From positions 518,540 through 582,539 of the forward strand of contig CAWHHI010000003.1 of the NCBI GenBank assembly GCA_963829055.1: a stretch of 64,000 bases of DNA, written 5' to 3'. A program made the translations under genes and the position numbers. Shown here in pieces: positions 62,039-64,000 of the stretch (the first letter of the stretch is position 1; each line of letters begins with the position of its first letter). Source of the stretch: an uncultured Gemmatimonadaceae bacterium (GTDB lineage: Bacteria; Gemmatimonadota; Gemmatimonadetes; Gemmatimonadales; Gemmatimonadaceae). The notes below the pieces were generated by a model. It did not search any database. It had not been told where the DNA came from and saw only the letters and a list, made by a program, of their open reading frames with translations.

Positions 62039-63939
62039 GTGATCACCCTCCGTCTCGAGCTCCGACGCGCGTTTGTTGGGGAACAGGGCATCGCACTGCC
62101 GTCGAGTGCGGGAGAGGTAAACTGCTTCGTCACTGGGGATGCGGGGCTCCGGCTCGAGAGCGCCGAAGCGGTCGCGCTCCGGCTGCCGTCGGACGGAGCC
62201 GTCGCGGCGGGAGAGATCCGGTTGCGGGCGCATCTCGTCGGTGAGCGACGGTATACCGTCGAGCTGTATCTGGACGGCTCCGGGTCGGACTCAAGGTCGC
62301 TGCGCGAGTTCAGCGATACGGTGTCGGTTGCCGCACCCATCGCCGCGTTTCGACCCGAGATACTCCCGCCGCTGGACCTGCGGGTTGCCGCACGTCCGGA
62401 TGTTGTGCTCGAGGTGACCGCGACCAGCGCGAACGGGTCGGGTGGTGCACACCGCCTAACGTACCGGCTCAGCTCCCGGGTGGCCGGTGCACAGTTCGCG
62501 GCCGCGCTCGCCGGCGTAGTGGACGTCGGGCCAGTGGAGCGCAGCCGCATCCGGTCGCTGGTTCGCGATGCCGTCCGGATGTCGACTGCCGAGCAGCCTG
62601 AGGACTCGCGAGCGCGGATGGTAGCGATCGGCACGTATCTCTACGATCGATTCGTTCCGCGCGAGGGCGCAGGGGAGCTTCGCGAGATGATCGAGCAGCT
62701 CGAGACGGCGCGTCGGAATCGCATCACGACAGCGACGAAGCCGGAGCGGCCGCTCACATGGCTCATCATCGAGAACGGGACTGAAGCCTCGCTGCCGTGG
62801 GAGCTGGTGGTGCCTTACGAGTCCAACTCTCCCGGCGCGCAATTCCTCTCGGAGTGGTGGCAGATGAGTCACTGGCTCGTGGGGCTCGGTCCGCCGCTCC
62901 AGAGCGAGGTGCCCGTCGGAGATGTGGCACTCATGTATTACGGCCAATCAGTGGACGAGACCGACGACGCTCGGCAGTTAGGCGCGTGGGGACGATTGCT
63001 GAACGCGAGCATGGCCAGCGACATCAAGCAGGTGGCGGCGCCGGAAACGCCGGTGTACGGGCTACATCTTCTCAGACAGGGTAGGACGGGTGCACTCGGC
63101 ATCGCGCCGCGCGGGGCTGGTCCGGCGACCGACGAGGTTCGCCGGGCGCGACTCGATCTTCGCCTCAAGCGCCCCCTCGTCACGCTCGGTGTTCTCGATG
63201 GCCGGTCGGGCGATGAGACGAATGCGATGGATGCGTCAGCCGTCGCGGACGGCAACTGGCCGCTCGTCGAGCGGGCGCTGCCGTATCTGCGTGCTGGCGC
63301 GAGCGGCGTCGCGGGGGCGTGGTGGCAGACATCGGCAAGTTCCGACCGCGTCTTCTGGACGACCTTCTACGACCTTCTGATCGCCAGGCAGAATGTCGTT
63401 AGGCGAGAGCATCTGGCGCGCTCGGCTCGCGGTTGCGCGGGCGCTGCCGGAACGGTCCGACTGGCTCGCGTACGTGCTATTCGGGAACCCGCTGGCGCGG
63501 CCGTACGTCCCTGCGGAGAGCGAGGGGTACACGACGCTCCAATGTCGATGCCGACAGTCCTCTTCGTGTCGGGAAGGAGTACATCTTCTCGGCATCGATC
63601 CGCACGCGCCCGCCACTCTGGCATCAGGACCGGCTCGTCCGCGTGCAGAAGGACGAAGAAAGTGAGGAGGCGTCGGAGGCGCTCAGTGCTCTGTTTGTCG
63701 CGCCCGGACTGCAGGACGCCGTACCCGAGCCGGTGGCCATGCGACCTGTCGGCCGAACGATCCATGAAGCAACGTGCGCTCTCACGCCGAAGCAACCGGG
63801 TGAGTATCTGTTGACGGTCCGTCTACTCAAGGGTGATGAACGATTGCAGACGCTGCGCCTGCCATTGATCGCCAGTAACAGTCGGCCGACGAACCTCGAC
63901 GGAGAAGCGACACTCGTGTCCGTGGGAGAATCGACGTGA
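62039..63939 (+). CDS. Multidomain protein part 3: beta-sandwich + degenerate CHAT domain (frameshifts at ~63392 and ~63540)
   Basis: IGTYLYDRFVP, LPWELV, FLSE, LHLLRQG, RPLVTLG and YLRAGASGVAGAWW...FYDLL, then SLGESIWRAR...WLAYVLFGNP in the next frame. Confidence 0.75.
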
Positions 63940-64000
63940 GCTCCATCTCGCGACCAGCGAAGCATTGCTGGGCAAGCGGCAACGCACCGAAGCGCGGACG

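Larger units (their letters stand above)
48043..64000. mobile_element. Putative tRNA-Phe-anchored genomic island (right end not in window)
   Basis: Abrupt switch from core genes to gene fragments, IS remnants and a caspase/TIR locus directly after the tRNA; TGCGGGAGT direct repeat at 48098 and 48110. No integrase seen in the window. Confidence 0.65.

Noticed and set aside
52067..64000. Gasdermin or STAND NTPase partner for the caspases
   Set aside because: None is recognisable in the window; one may lie beyond 64000.

Overview
Bacterial chromosomal window containing the replication origin. The lineage is most likely Gemmatimonadota, inferred from gene content and protein style and not verified by search. 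Positions 1-47.9 kb are mostly core genome: polA, a cold-shock gene, a GWxTD protein, kinases, pyrE, RNase P RNA, dnaN-oriC-dnaA / rpmH-rnpA-yidD-yidC-mnmE, upp, M16 peptidases, an ECF sigma/anti-sigma pair, holA, mutS, cystathionine beta-synthase, ddl, a QueE-like gene, rhomboid, queF, PadR plus ADOP permease, and FecR/TonB receptor/ECF sigma. After tRNA-Phe (47970-48042) an island begins with gene debris, a split IS21 transposase and an Ig-repeat lipoprotein. It continues into an operon encoding (i) an apparently active caspase-like protease fused to a serine hydrolase and (ii) a giant, frameshift-broken scaffold of about 2,800 aa. The scaffold contains three catalytically dead caspase domains, an Ig repeat, three TIR domains, Clp-N repeats, WD40, a macrodomain and a dead CHAT domain. 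This operon is the best candidate for an undescribed immune or programmed-death system. Separately, the non-palindromic octamer GCCTAACG/CGTTAGGC occurs at least 42 times by manual count, on both strands and inside genes. Single-base indels in essential genes (dnaA, ddl) indicate assembly errors, so frameshifts elsewhere must be read cautiously. All calls come from reading motifs by eye; no database searches were run.
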